A DNA stretch of 63,393 nt, the filler included, from Pseudovirgaria hyperparasitica (lineage: Eukaryota), in the NCBI GenBank assembly GCA_010093815.1. It is 4 parts of 4 records of this genome, joined end to end, with 100 filler letters (N's around TTAATTAATTAA, not from the genome) between each part and the next. Parts side by side here need not be neighbours in the genome. Positions count along the whole stretch, not along the records: positions 17,995 to 48,144 come from ML996601.1; 3 more parts are not named here. The stretch is one strand, 5' to 3'. Positions 23,008-38,100 of the stretch are shown here, in pieces. The notes beneath the pieces are model-generated. The model worked only from the letters and a program-made list of their open reading frames with translations. It searched no databases and was not told the origin of the DNA. A program made the position numbers and the translations under genes. Numbering within the stretch: the first letter of the stretch is position 1; the number at the start of each line of letters is the position of its first letter.

Positions 23008-26000
23008 TAAGAAAAACTTCTTATACCCTAACGGACTAAACTAGTTAATTCGGGGTAAAACAGCGATTTACATACATTAAACGATAGAGTATACTAAGTA
23101 TAATAACCTCCGACACACGTGCGTACGTATAGTATATAATACACGATAATACCGATATATAGAGATACTATATATATACGCTCGAAGACTCTTCGATAAC
23201 ATGAGCATAGACTATATCTAATAACTACTAACACGCCGACCCCCTTTTATTAGTTAAGGGCTACCCTTAACTAATAACCATGGCGGCCTTAGGTATCGTA
23301 ATACCCCGGTATACGCCGGATATACCCCTACTAGTACGGTAGAAACGGCCATATAGCGATATTAATATAGATAGCTAGACACCTATCTAAAATATAGAAA
23401 CTAACTAAGGGTGCGAAGTACTATAGATAATCTAGACTAAGGGGACCCTAAGAGGGGAGACCCTCCTAGATAAAATTAAATACTAGGTAATACGTGTAGA
23501 GAGGGACGCCGAGAAGAGAAAGAAGACCCTCCTTTATATATTCCGGGACCTTATCTAGAATCTAAGAGGAATTATAGAGGAAGAAAGGAAGTCGCTATAA
23601 GAGGAACCTAGTAGTAGGCTTAACTAAATAGAAGCTAGCCTACGGAGAATCTAGGAAGAGCTATTCTAAGGTAAGCGCTCTAATACGTAGGCTTAGATCG
23701 TAGTAATACCTAGAGCTACCGTACTAAGAACTACTAGAACCATAGATAGAGTATATAGTATACGTGTCGTAATCTAGGATAAGAACACGCTAGCGTAGGT
23801 CTAATAGGCATCCCTAAAGGAAATTATAAATAAGATTAATAAATAGAAAGGAATATAGTCGAGCGTCGTGGCTACTAAAGTTATACTAGATAGGGTAGTA
23901 CTTACTACTATAACGAATACTACGTAGTAAAACATCTCGCGAGATCCGAACGCGATAGATAGTATCTTCCCTAGCGCGTCTATTAGGGTAGCTATATACC
24001 TAATTATAGTATACATAGTACCTATGCGGGGATAGGCTATCGGAGTAGAGAATATTACGTGTATAGAATAATCTAATACACGAAAATACCTAGGGATTAA
24101 GATTATAAAAGCGTGGTAGAAGAATCTATAGGCGATTAAGTCGACGGTAAAAAAACACTCTACTATAATTATAGAGCTCCGAGACCCCGCCCTCATATAA
24201 CGTATTATATAGAAGGGATTCCTAGTAGAAGGAGAGCTCCTTATAGCCGAGCCATAGAATAGGGTATAGGTAATAATATAGTACTTTAACTATTAAGGGT
24301 ATGGATATACTATATAAAGGTACTTATAGAAGACTAAGTGCGGATAGTACTATAGGGACCACGCTATCTAGAAGTACCCTTATAAACCGCGAGGAGATAG
24401 ACTAAGAAATAGAGATATAGTATAGTATTTAAACTATAACGGGAAACACCTATCGTGGTCGTTAACGTGTATAAAATATAAATAGGTTATAGAATATATT
24501 CGCACGATAAAAGCGAGAGGCGCGAGATAGTTATAGAATATAATACCTACCATAGGCCCTTCCTTTATAATACCCCTAACCTCCCCTCCGGAAGGTAGTT
24601 AGGTAGGATAGTAGACTATCCCGAAGACGATAGGACGACTAAAAGGTATAGTTAAAGCCGCTACCGCGCGAGGATAGTCGCGCCTCTAAGGAATAAGTAT
24701 ATAGATATATATACTCCCTAGTACCTAATAAGGGACTAGAATATACTCCGAATTATATAGATAAATATATAATATAAAAGAGAGAACTAGGCGACGCTCC
24801 TCGAAGAGTCTAGGGCTATAATACTCGCTATCTAGGAACTCTATAAACACTACTAGACGAGTAAACCAACTATACACCCTAGATACTATACTATATACCC
24901 TCTAGAACTAGAAAGACGAGTCCTCTTCTACATTTATAGGTTAATACTACTCTTATTATGGTCGTATACTAAGCGCGATAACCTTAGGATAATACTACAC
25001 CTATAAATAGATATAGGCCCCCTATATATATATAATATATATAACTAATAATATATACTTATACTAGACGAGATGCTCGAGGGTACTATGGAACTAGGGT
25101 AATACATCCTCCTAGGAGACTTTAACCTCTACTACCGATGGTAGGGAGGCCTAGCCGTAGTTAGGGAAGAACTTAGAGTAAGGGAACTACGTACCCGCTA
25201 CTACGACTTTCTATACCTACTTATACCTATAGAATAAGTTATATAGAAAAAATATAAATAGAATGAAGACGGGTCTACGCTTAACCTTACCTTCGCTATA
25301 GAGTATATTAGTTACCGGATCTAATACTACCGCCTAGGCTAGGTATAGACGGATTCCGACCATAAATGCATGGAAACCGTAATAAATATATATACCCCGA
25401 ATAAATAATAGGGACGATAGATATAGAAGAACACTAACTAGGAAAAGTACCTAAAGGACCTAGAATCGGCGATCCTAGATCCCTCTATAGTTAATATATC
25501 TAACGACCTAGCCATAGACTAGGCCGTATAGATACTCCTATAAATATACTAGAATGCGAGAAATAAACACGTACTATACTAAATATACTAGCCCCCGGAA
25601 GTAAAGGGGATTCCTTAAGTACGGGAGAGTAGATAAGACGCCCGAAGGCTATATATACGCGTATACTATATAAGAATACCCGAGTCGTGGAAAGAATAGA
25701 AGGAAGCGATATAATAACGCGATAAAGTCCTCCGTAACGAAAGGCGTAAATAGTAGCATATAATTACTAGTTAATAGATATAATACGTAATAGGGCTATG
25801 GTATATAGTAAAATAGGCTAAGGGCGTAGATACTCTAATACCTTCGCCACTTATGCCTCCCCTAATATATTAGGGGAGAATATACTCCACGAGCCTTAAG
25901 AAAACTAAGGCCCTATAGAAGGCCATGTTCCCTCTCCCGGAACTAGTAGACCTATTAGACGTTCACGGCGTCGAATATCTATACGCGGTAGATATCCCCG

Positions 26001-26480
26001 AAGAAGTTACGGAGGAGGATATACTTAATATTATTAAGATACTCCTAAATAATAAAGTACCTAGACTAGATAGAATTCTAAATCGATACCTAAAAAGTAC
26101 TATAAAAGCGACCCTACCACTTATTACTTATATATTCTAAGTATACGTTACGTAGGGGTACTACCTCTAGAGCTTCCGAGTTATCTATACTATTATACTC
26201 CCGAAACTAGGAAAGAGCCCTAACTCCCTAAAGGGATAGAGACTAATTACCCTTCTCTTCTACCTAGGTAAGATACTAGAGGCTATAATAGTAAAGAAGA
26301 TAAGTACCGCGGTATAGGAATATAATCTCCTCCCTCCGAACTAGAAGGTAAAGGTAGATAGCTCTCTAATAATAGCTATCTAATATATTATTAAAGTCGT
26401 CTAGGCCGTATAGAAATAGGGACGGGTAGTATCGCTCCTCTCTCTTGATATAGCCGGAGCGTTTAATAAGGTAAACTATA

Positions 26481-29400
26481 ATAATAATAATAATATTAGT
26501 AAACTAGGTAGAGTACCACTCTATAGGCGCATACCTCCTCTAGTCTAAGCTACTATATAAGAAGAAACCTACGAATAGGAAAAACTCCCTTATATCCATA
26601 ACTACGCTCTATCTATCCTCTCGTTCTTTATATATATATAGCCCTAGAGGCTACCTATAGGTCTATAGCCTATATTATAATAGTTTACCCTTAGGTAGCA
26701 CGTATAGGTACGGAGATTATTAGTTAAGGGCTACCCTTAACTAATAATCGCGGTTCTCCCGGGGTTCTTCCGACGTATACCGGGGTTCTTCTAGTATATA
26801 TCGGGCTTCTTCCGGTATATATACGCGGGTCTACTAGAACTAGGGGAGAGGAAGGTGTACGAGCATCTATTAGGCGACGTCCTTAGGGTACTTATTAAGC
26901 TATCGCGTAATGTTAGAGGTCCTCGTCATACGTACGAGGGCTTATCTTAGGGTATAGAGGCTAGAGTACGTCGCGAGGTAGTGGCGTATTATACCTCTCC
27001 GGCCGTAGTCCTTGCACTAGGGAGATACATCTAGAACGCCTCTCTAGTAGAGGTAATATAGAGGATCTATAGCGCCTATTCGGGCTTAGAGGAGTATAGA
27101 TACTTAGGCCTTTATTAGCCCTTTATATATCTATTTACTCGGTTCCTTCTAAGGCCCTTAGATCTATTCTAGATACATATCCTATTAGGAGGCCTACTAG
27201 GCTTTAAGTACCTCCCTCTATTTATCCTAGATCCACGACCGTATAACGCGGCTAAGCTCCTTAGGGCTCTATTAGCTTAGGACGGTATCCGGGTTATTTT
27301 GAACCTCCTATATAGTCTAGCTCGAGTCCGCCTCTATATAGTATTTATATTATACTTAAGTTTATCCTATAGTAGAGAGGGTCTAGTAATGCGTGTAGAT
27401 ACGTGTGCGTAGTACGGCGAAGGTATATACTCTATCTCCTCCACGTTCTTATACTTATTATTTAGTAAAGTATATAAGTCTCTATATCTAGTAGAAGTCC
27501 TATATACTTATTACGTTTATCTCGCGTTAGAGGAGCGTTATATTAGTAGCTTTATATACACTAGAGATAAGGCGGAGTATGCGGTTTTATATAGACTTAA
27601 GCTTTACTCGCCGAGCTTATATAAGGGCCGTGTACTAGTACTCGTGTCTATATATAAAGGCTAGGCGTACTAGGGAGACGTATAGCTATCTCGCCTTATC
27701 CCGGGCTATTCTCTACGTGGATACCGTAATCCGGCGTATAGCGGTTTCTATCTAGAGGGCTCTAGAGACGGCGTGTGCCACCTATGGTCCCTATTTTAGC
27801 TTATTATTAATTATAACGCCGAGTACTCGTATACTCTATGCTAGTAGTTCTATAAAGGCGTCGATTTAGGGGCGACGTGCCCCCTCCCTAGTAGCCTATC
27901 CTCTATAGTAGTTAATAAAGTATATAAGCTAGTATTTTTTAGGTGCGAATTTTACTCCGTGGCGCTTTACCTACTAGACGCATTTCTCGTGGTCTCGTTC
28001 GAGTCGTGTATATGTTCTACTAGTACTACTATCGACCGCGAGGAGGTATATATTATCTACGTATCCGACTACCTCTATATATTCTATTCTCTAAAGGAGG
28101 TCTACTATAAAGAAGAGGAAGAGGATTAGGGAGATGGTGCTCCCTTATAGGATGCCGTATACCGTCTCCTTATATTTGCTTCGGTATCCGGGGATATATA
28201 TTTAAGTAGTCCTTTACGCGAGGAAGGACTATATAAATCGTATAATCTACTTAGGTATTCGCCTTATCCGGAGGTTATGGATAAGTCTTATATAGTTTAC
28301 CTTATTAAACGCCCCTACTATGTCTAGGGAGAGTAGCGTGACGACTCGTCCTTATTTCTATATAGTCTAGATAACCTTAAGGATGTGTTAAATGGCTATA
28401 ATTAGGGAGCTTCCTACCTTCGCCTTCTGGTTTACTAGGAGAAGGCCGTATACCTATACTACTATACTTATCTTCTTAGTAATCGTGGCTTCTAGTACCT
28501 TACTAAGGTAGGAGAGGAGGGCGATCGGCCTCCATCCCTTTAGCGTGTTTAGGCTCTTCCCTAGTTTTAGGAGTATAACTATATATACGGTTTGGAAGCT
28601 CTATGGGTGGTATCCTATACGGGCGTACGCTCGGAATATATGGCCTATAATTAGTAAGGTCGCCTATATGGTCCTCTTAAGGCATCAATTCGGAATTCCG
28701 TCTAGCCCGAGCGCTTTATCGTTCGGGAGTGTCTTAATAGCGCCGAGTATATTATCGTCCGTGATTTCCCTAGGGATACTCACGGCTTCCGGGTATTCCG
28801 TACCGTCGATATCTAATAGGTCTATAGGTTCTAGGAGAGGGAATATAACCTCTTATAGGATCTCTATTTTCTCGAGGCTCGTGGAGTATATCTTTTCTTA
28901 ATATATAAGGGGGGGTATAAGTAGTATAGGTGTCGGGGAGGCGGTGCTTTTAGCCTATTTTACTATATACTATAGTCTAGTAGTATTACGTATATATCTA
29001 TCCGTGACTATACGCTACTATTTACGTCGCTCGTTATAGAGGACCTTATCTTATTATCTTCTCGCCTCTCTCTATTTATCCTACGCTTTAGGTATACGGT
29101 TATAGTATACGCGTGTATATAATCTCCGGACTTCTCGCCTATACTCTTATACTTAAGGTATGCTTTTCGGGTCTAGGGGTCTATATATTCGGTACGGCAC
29201 GTGTTTATCTCTTACTCCCTAGTACGCCTATAGGAGTATATTTACGGCCTGGTCGATGGCCGGGCCATTAGATACGTCGACTATAGACGGGTCTAGGATT
29301 ATCGATTCCAGGTCCTTTAGGTACTTTTCCTAGTTAGTATCCTTCTATAGCTATCGCCCTCGTTAGTCTTAAGAGGTAGATACGTCTATTATGGTCTCTA

Positions 29401-31772
29401 TATATTCGTGGTCGGAGTCTATCTATATAAGGCTTAGGCGGTAGTATTAAGTCCTATTATAAATGTATCTAGTGGCTAGGGTGAGGTCGAGTATGGATCC
29501 GCCCTTATCTTATTTATGTTTTCGCTAGGTAATCTATTCTACTAGTGTAAGAAGGTATAGGAAGCCGTAGTATTAGATATATAGTTCTCTAGCTCGAAGC
29601 TCTTCGCGGGTGACGGTTAGTCTACCCTACTAGCTATAATAGAGGTTAAAGTCTCCTAGGAGGATGTATTATCCTAGCTCGGTAGTGCCCTTAAGCATGT
29701 TATCCGCCTAAAGTGATCGGTTCTAATTATATATGTTATGTATATAGAGGGGTCCGATATTCGTCTAGAGGTGTAGTATTATCCGGAGGTTATCCCGTTT
29801 AGTATATAACTATAATAAGAGTGGAATAGACTTATAGATATAGAAGAGGACTCTCCTCTCCGGTCCTGGGGGGTGTATTATATAATATTCTAGGTGTGTT
29901 ATTAGTTTGTTCGTCTGGTAGTATTTATATAGCTCCTGTATAGTAAGTATTATAGCTCCGGTCTCCTCGAGGAGTATCGCCTAGTTCTTATGTTTATACT
30001 ATACGTTTATCTATATAATTAGGAGTATATCTTAGTCTCTTATTAGGTACTAGGGAATATATAGGCCTATATATTTATTCCTCTAAGACGCGACTATCCT
30101 CGTACGGCGGCGGCCTTAGTAATTCCTTAGGGCCGTTCTATTATTAGCTTTCTTAGGATGGTTTACTATTTCTAACCGCTTCCTCGTAAGGAGGTAGTCT
30201 ATAGTAGTAGTATTATAGTAAAGAGAGGAACGGTGGTAGGTCGTATCGTTTATAGCTACTTTACTCCCTTTATCCGGATTAAGTAGATGTATTCGGTGAT
30301 CTATTTACGTTTCGCGCACGTAGCTAACTACGACAGGTGCTTACCGTCGTAGTTAGAGTACTTCGCCGTGTCCCTATCTCTCTAGCCCTCTCCTCGTGTT
30401 CCGTAGGGGCACTCCTAGGTACTATATTCTTATTAATACTATCTATACCTAGTCTTTTAGAAGTACTGCTATACCGTGTACCCGTATCCCTAATAGTTAA
30501 AGTACTATGTTATCGCCTATGCTCTATTCTATGGTTTCGCTATAAGAAGCTCCCCTTTCGCTAGGAATCCCTCTTACGTAATTTAATACGCGAGGGCGGG
30601 GTCCTTAAGCTCTACTATTATAGTAGAGTATACCTTCGATCTAGTTTTAATCCCTTATATATTCTTCTACCATGCTCTTATAATCTTAATCTCTAGGTAT
30701 TTTCGCTCGTTTAACTATTCTATCCGCGTAATGTTCTCTTCTCTAATAACCTATCCGCTTACGGGTATAGAGTATATCTATATCGGGTATATAGCCGCCC
30801 TAATGGAGGCGCCTAGAAAGATACTACTAATCGCGTTCGGATCGCGTAAGATAGTCTACTACGCGATGTTCGTTATCGTGGTAAGTACTACTCCTCCTAG
30901 TATAAGTTTAGTAGTAATAATATTTAACTATATTTCCTTTTATTTATTAATCTTACTTACTATATCCTTTAAGGATACTTGCTAGACCTATACTAGGGTA
31001 TCCTTATCCTAGATTACGACGCGTATACTATACGCCGCGTCGCCGGTCCGGGGGGCCCGTAGTATAGCCTCCGGTATTACTACTATTTATACCTATATAC
31101 TAGGGCGCTTACCTTAAGTAAGTTCCTCCTAGATTCTACGTAGGCTAGCCTCTATTCGGTCGAGCCTACCCTCCGGTCCTCCTAGTTATATCTTCTTCTC
31201 CTTCTCTATAATTCCCTTTAGATTCTAGATAAGGTCCTAGAATATATATAGGAGGGTCTTCTAGCCCTCTCCGGCTTCCTTCTCTATACGTGCTACCTAG
31301 TAGTCGATACGATCTAGGAGGGTTTCCACTCTCGGGGTCCCCTTTATTCCGTCTATCTATAGTAGTATACGCCTTTAGGTGTGTTCTACGTTTTAGATAG
31401 ATATATAGTTACCCTTAGTAATGTTACTATATAGCCTTTTCTATCGTACCGGTAGGGGTATATCTAGTATATACTAGGGTATGTCGGTGCCTAAGGCCGC
31501 CATATTTATTAGTTAAGGGCTACCCTTAACTAATAAAAGGGAGTCGGCGTATCGGCGTTCTAGTAGCGTGGTCCGTGCCTCTATCTCCGTAAGGATTTTA
31601 AGAGGGTATATATATATCTTTATACGGCGATAACGTCTTGGTTTCGACGCTACACGTACGTGCGTATAGTAGTAGTTGGTGTACTTAGTATACTCTATCG
31701 ATTAAGGTGTGTATCTCGCTATATTACCCCGAATGGACCAAGTTAGCCTCTTAGGGATGTAAAAGAAGTTTC
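26481..31772 (-). mobile_element. RIPped full-length Tad1-like LINE L3 inserted in the RT of L2
   Basis: TSD A(T/C)AAGGTAAACTATA at 26466-26480 and 31773-31787; (ATA)n tail at 26481; ORF1 start at 31503; RT GYVDN near 28060. Confidence 0.92.
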
Positions 31773-33018
31773 ACAAGGTAAACTATATAAGACTTATTTA
31801 TAACCTCTAGATAAGACGAATACTAGAATAGATTATACGCTTTATATAGTTATTCCTTATAGGAAGAATAACTTAGATATATATCCCTAGGTACTAGAGC
31901 GAATATAAAGAGACGGTATACGGCATCCTATAAGGGAGTACTATCTCTCTAATTCTATTCCTCTTCTTTATAATAGACCTTCTTTAAGAAATAAAGTATA
32001 TAGAGATAGTTAGATACGCCGATAATATATACCTCCTAGCTATTAATAATAATACTAACCGAACGTATAGATGACTAGAATAGGACTACGAGAGGTACCT
32101 CTAGTAGATAAAATACTACGGAGTAAAGTTCGCCCCGGATAAATACTAGCTTATATACTTCATTAATTATTAAGGGAAATAGATAACTAGAGAAGATAAA
32201 TAACGCCCCCGAATCGATATATTTAACGAACTACTAGTATAAAGTATACGCGCGCTCGGAGTTATACTAGATAGTAAGCTTAAATAGGGACTATAAGTGG
32301 TATACGCCGTCTCTAGAGCCCTCCGGGTAGAAGCCGCTATATAATAGATTATAGTCTCTATATAGGGAACCGCCTAGGATAAGGCACGCTAGCTATATAT
32401 ATCTATAGTACGACCCGCCTTTACATATGGACACGAGTACTAGTATACGGCCCTTATATAGACTAGGCGAATAAAGCTCGAATCCATATAGAACCGTATA
32501 CTTCGTCTTATATTAGACGTATATAAAGCTACTAACACGGTACTACTACGACGCGAGATAGACGTTATAAGTATATATAACTTCTACTAGATATAGAGGG
32601 TAGTATACTTTACTAAATAATAAGTATAGGAACGCATAGAAAACGTAGAATATACTTTCGCCGCGCTACGTGTATAAATTAGTATATATTACCGCGTACT
32701 CCTATATATAGACCGGAATCGAATACGGTATAGGTGCTTAATAGAAGCCGACTCTAGCTAAGTAGTATAAGAAGTCTAAGATAACCTAGACGCTCTCCTA
32801 GACTAGTAGAGCCTTTAAGAACTTATAAAAAATATACGGTTATGGACTTAAGATAAGTAGAAAGAGATACTCCGTGCCTACTAGATCTCCTAGTAGAATA
32901 GGTACCTAGAGTAGATTTAAGGGCCATAGAAGGAACCGAGTAAATAGATGTATAAAGGGCTAACGAAAGCCTAAGTATCTATACTTATCTAAGCCCGAAC
33001 GGGCGCTATAGGACTCCT

Positions 33019-33256
33019 TATAAAGAGTAAAGACGTGGGATAGTAGTCTAACAGTTCATAGAGAGACATAGGAATGTATTTGTAGAGTAATCTCACTCTT
33101 ATACAAGGTTGATTCCTAACGAGCAGGAATCGGTTTATACGGTCTACTTATATAGTGACCTCGCTTAACTTAGCTAACTTAACCCAGCTCTAGCCACTAC
33201 GTGGCTGCATGGATTAGAATAGTCCATATAGGTCCGTTATAGTTCCCGTCCTAATA
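33019..33256 (-). repeat. 3' LTR of the Gypsy element
   Basis: Direct repeat of 40825-41062 differing by transitions. Confidence 0.93.
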
Positions 33257-33735
33257 ATATCCTTCTTCTTTTTATGCTTCGCCCTAAAGCACTTAAGTAT
33301 ATATAATCCTAAGTCTCTATAATCCATCGTGTACCTATATATCCGTGACTAAGTTCCTATAACGTTATAACCATCCTTAATATAGGTGAACTCGAGATTC
33401 TAGTTTACTTTTATTAGTTCATGCACGCGCTTATCCCTTACTTCGTGGCTACTACCTAGGACATATAATTACTACTTTGGTCGAGTATATATTTAGCTTC
33501 GCTCGCCTTTGATTTTATTCTCTAGTATATCCACCTCGCTCTTAAGGTAAGTCGTTAATTCATATACTATCTTCCCTAGTTCAGGTTCAGAAGGGTCTAT
33601 AGTGGTCTATTCTTATTAGAACCGGTCCTATATAACCCATTCGCGTTATTATAGTTACTAATTTAGCTTCGTTAATCGCCGTTAAGGGTAGACGAATATT
33701 CCTTCCTTAGATCTCTAGCTAATATATGTATATAG

Positions 33736-35142
33736 ATATCTAATACTAGTCCTATCTCTAAGCCTACCTTCTCCTCTTATAAGACTCGCTCTAAAGGTAT
33801 CGCCTCCTCCCCGGCCACGCCGGCTAAGAAGCCTACCTATCGCGGTAGTATAAAGGCGCGCTCTAAGTCGGAGAAGAGAGTAGCTAGGGCTACTACTACT
33901 ACTACCTCTACCACTAATATGGCTACTAGTCGCTCTAATCTAGGTAATCCTAGTACTAAACTTATAGATGAAGTGGTCGTAGGTTCTCCTCTCGCTCTAA
34001 AGCGCACGCCGCCTACTCTATCTCCTCTAGAGGATAAAGAAGATCTCGTTATAGACGATGATCGCGAGCCCTCGCGCTTACCCACGCCGCCGTCTCGCCG
34101 CTCTTCCTTCCGGTCTAATATGGACCGATTTAGTCGCTCTAGGTCCTTTTAGGACCTTAATATTTACTCTAAACCCTAGCCTACTAATAATAAGGCCTAG
34201 GTTACCGAGGATACTAAACGTAGTCGCGGTTTACGCCATAGGAAAACGGCGAACTACGGTTTAATATACTATGAGTATATTAAGGGCCATGCGGCCGGCT
34301 CTAAATATCTCTTTCGCTCTAACTCTAACATTAGCTACTACTCTACTAACCGCGACGGGCCTATACGCCCTATCTTTACTCTACCTACCCGCTACCGCCG
34401 CTATGCCGTGACTAGTAAGACTTGTCTATAGGTGAGTATAATGGGCTGTCTTAATCTAGTATAATCCAAAGTAGTCCGCGCTAATATATTCTTAGGTTCC
34501 TATACGTATATAAAATATATATAACGACCTTCGCGTCCGCGAGACCCTCGGGGGTCCTTATAGCCGCCTACCTACTATATAGAGGGAGTTTAGGGAGCGC
34601 TATAAGCTCTTCCTAGAGGTTATTAAAGTATAAGTTATAAGCACGTTAATTGTTTTTAACACCTGTTGATTTTTCTAGCCGCCGTGAGATCCCTAGCGCC
34701 TAGACTACCTATTCTAGGGAGTCTATCCTAGCCATAGAGGCCGTAGAGAGGATTCGCTCTATCCCCCCCCCGTCCGTCTCGCGCTACTAACGGATCTCGC
34801 AAGAGGTCTACTGTTTCTCCCTCTAAGTCGCCTCGTAAGAGGGTATATATTCCCTTCTAGCTTATTCTAGATCGTATTAGCTAACTTTAGACCTAGTCGC
34901 TGCGCTCCGGCGCTTAAGGCTCTTCCCTCTAGGCTCTAACGGATCGGGTTATTACTCTAGAGGCTAAGGTCGTCGTCCTCCGCCGCCATATCGTGTAGTT
35001 AGAAAGAACTATACTAGAGATTAGGACGGATAATAAGATAGAGGAGTAGCTCTATGGTTCTAGCTCTATATATTAGCTCTATGCCTAGCTCTATATGTTC
35101 TAGATCTACTATAGATGGTGCGCGCCGGCTCTATTTACCTAG
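33736..35142 (+). pseudogene. RIPped antisense, intron-containing extra gene inside the Gypsy element
   Basis: Long frame broken mainly by TAG/TAA; GTGAGT...GCTAAT...TAG intron 34432-34495 and a probable second intron ~34630-34678; Y/C pattern compatible with CxxC...CxxCx6C; C-terminal heptad-like segment. Confidence 0.6.
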
Positions 35143-38100
35143 CTTTTATCCATTTTAGTCCTTTTTAGACCGTTTAGATACCCGTCGGCTAGTTTCTAGT
35201 AATTTAATTCTTAACTTAACGATATTATATGTGCGCTCGCTTAGCTTATAACTATCGGTTTCTACATTCTGATTTTCCTTAAGTCACCTAAGTATAGGCA
35301 CCGCATATAAATTAGTTTATCTCTATGAATTCCATTAGAGTACCCGAACTAGTGGCCTAGTGGTTATTAGTTCGGGTACTCTAACCTTTTATATTTCGTG
35401 TTAAGAGTTTAATTCTATGGTGGGGTACCTTTTTTTAGGTTCTTGGTCCTATGTTTTTCTCGTGTATAATGGTCCATGTTAGTCTATTCTAGACTCTTCT
35501 ATGTTGTTCTATTATGGTATATCGCGTCGCGTTCCTAAAATGGTTATTTACGCTTTCTTCGCGTCTAGTAACCGTACGATACTTGAATTATAGGGCTACT
35601 ATATAGAGTTTTCCTAGTGCGCGTCTAGATTTCCTAGTTTGGCACTTCATTCTCTGCGGTATCCTTCTTCTTTTTACGACGACCGCGATGTCGCTATACT
35701 TACATTAATAATGCGCTATTCTATATCTTTTACTTATACGCAGCCATTATAGAACTTAAGATATATACCGCTGGTTCCTAGGTATCCTCGTCCTTAGTGT
35801 AGTCCTTCTAATAGATTCTATATTTCTAAATACCGTCTTCATCGATTCTATATTCGATAATATAGTCTACTTCGAACACGTCTAGTCCATCTTAGGGTAT
35901 AATAGAGTGTAACTATACGTTCGTACGGCCATACACGTTAGATCGAAATCTTTCGAGTAGTAAGACGTGGAACACGTTATGGATTCTTATATCGCTTTCT
36001 AAGTCGAGCTCGTAGGCTCTTATACCGATACGACGTTTAATTCGGAAGGGACTAGCTATTTTATAATCGAGCTTCTTATTTACTCGCGACGTTCGTATGT
36101 TACGGACGTTAAGAAGGACCTCGTCGCCCTCCTCGTACGTCTAATTCTTGGCTAACCTATTATAGTACTTCGTATACGAGTCGTTTACTTATTAGATTAT
36201 AGCGCGATAGTTACGTGCGGTTTCGAAGATTTTAATTGCCAATTCCTGAGCGTGGACGTTCACGTCTATTATTCGATTAAATTAGACCGTCTAAGGCTCA
36301 AAACCTATCCTTAGACTACGTCCGAGGTTCGCCTAGAAAGGTATAATACCTATTATACTATAACGACTATTATTATATACGAACTCTACTATACTTAGTA
36401 GGGAGGCCTAGTCGTCCTACTTAAAATTATAGAATGCGCGTAGGTAGGCCTCGAGCGTCTAGTTCTATCGCTCTATCTAGCTATCCGTCTAAGGATAAAA
36501 TGCTATAGATATGTTTCTATTTATACTTGCCATTTCGTAGAATAACGTCTAGAATTTAGACGTGAAGGTACTTCCTCGGTCCGTAACGATCCTTTTTGGT
36601 ATACTATGGACCTTAATAATCTCGTTCTAGAATACCTACGCTAGTTCTTTAGATATAGTCGTCTTCCACACCGGGATATACCTAGATATCTTTATAAGTC
36701 TATCTACGATAATAAGAATAGAATTATAACTTATTCTAAGTATCTCGCTTAGAGGTAAGTTAACTATAAAGTCTATAGTAACGTCTTCCTATATAAAGAG
36801 GGGGGCTAAAAGAGACTATAAATTCCTATATAGCTTGTGCCTAGGGGCCTTCGTTCTTTGATAAATCGGATAAGTAGCTATCCATTCTTCGATATACTTA
36901 GGCATATCTTTCTAAAAATAGTACTAATGAATTAAGCTTAGGGTACGTACATACCTAAAGTGTCCTACTAGGTTAGCGTCATGGTATCGGCTAACTACGT
37001 TAAATCGCGTGTTACCCGTCGGTATATAGTACTTTCTATTATAGTAAAGTAAGCCGTCCACGAAGGTCCACTTATAGTCTACTTTAGTCTATAATAACCT
37101 ATCTTACTATATTTTACGTAACTTTAAAACTATTAGGTCTATCTTCTATAGATCCACGATTAACTAGGCGAGGTTAATTAGATATTCACGCCGGGTATTA
37201 TCGCCCTTCCCGACAGCGCCAATAAACGGTCTACTAGGGACTTTAGTACCGCGTCTTTGGTTACCGGCTTCGGTCTTAGAGATTTGATTACTAGCATCGA
37301 CGTTAGTATCTCGCTAATCGCCTAATAACTTAAAATCTAACCTCGTCCTTAAGAGTTGGGCCTATAGCTACTCTAGGACCCTATGGCCACTATAATCCTA
37401 GGCGCCTTCTTTATAGTTAGGTCTTCTTAATATTCTATTAGCTAGGTTTATACTTCTAGGTCGATAGTAGATTATAAAGTGAAAGTTCGTAAGCTACTTA
37501 GCCTATTAGACCTATCGACGGTTTAAAACCGTCGTACTTATAAACCCCTTTAAGTTATAGTAATTAGTTAGTAACTTGACGTTATATATAGTACCTTTAA
37601 GATAATATCGCCACTATTTAAACGACTCTACTATTACTAGTAGCTCTTGGTCATAGATAGTATATCTAGTCTTAACATTAACTATTTTGCGTGAGAAGAA
37701 CGCAACTAGATACTATTAGACCTTTTTAGACTTAGTTGGTCTAGGCTAGGAGAGAATGCCTAAGATTATAAATCCTAACGCGTCGGTTTCGACGCGGATA
37801 GGTTTGGTTAGGTCGAAGTATACTAGTAATAGGGTAGTTATAAATGCCTCTTTAATTTTCTCGAAGGAGGCCCTTTCGCCTTCCGATAATTCTATAGGCT
37901 GCGATTTAATATTACGCTGTTTCTGTCTACCGTGGACCGTAATAGACGAATCTATAGTAGTAGTACGCGCGTTAAGCGGTGCTACTAGCCGGGAGAAATG
38001 CTTAACGAATTTTCGGTAGTAATTGGCGAATCTAATAAAGACACGTATGTCTCGAACCGATTTTGGTTCAGGCCAGTCCATGATAGTAGCGACCCTATCC

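Noticed and set aside
23008..23120. 5S rRNA- or tRNA-derived head on the LINE 5' end
   Set aside because: No convincing A/B/C box or structural match by eye.
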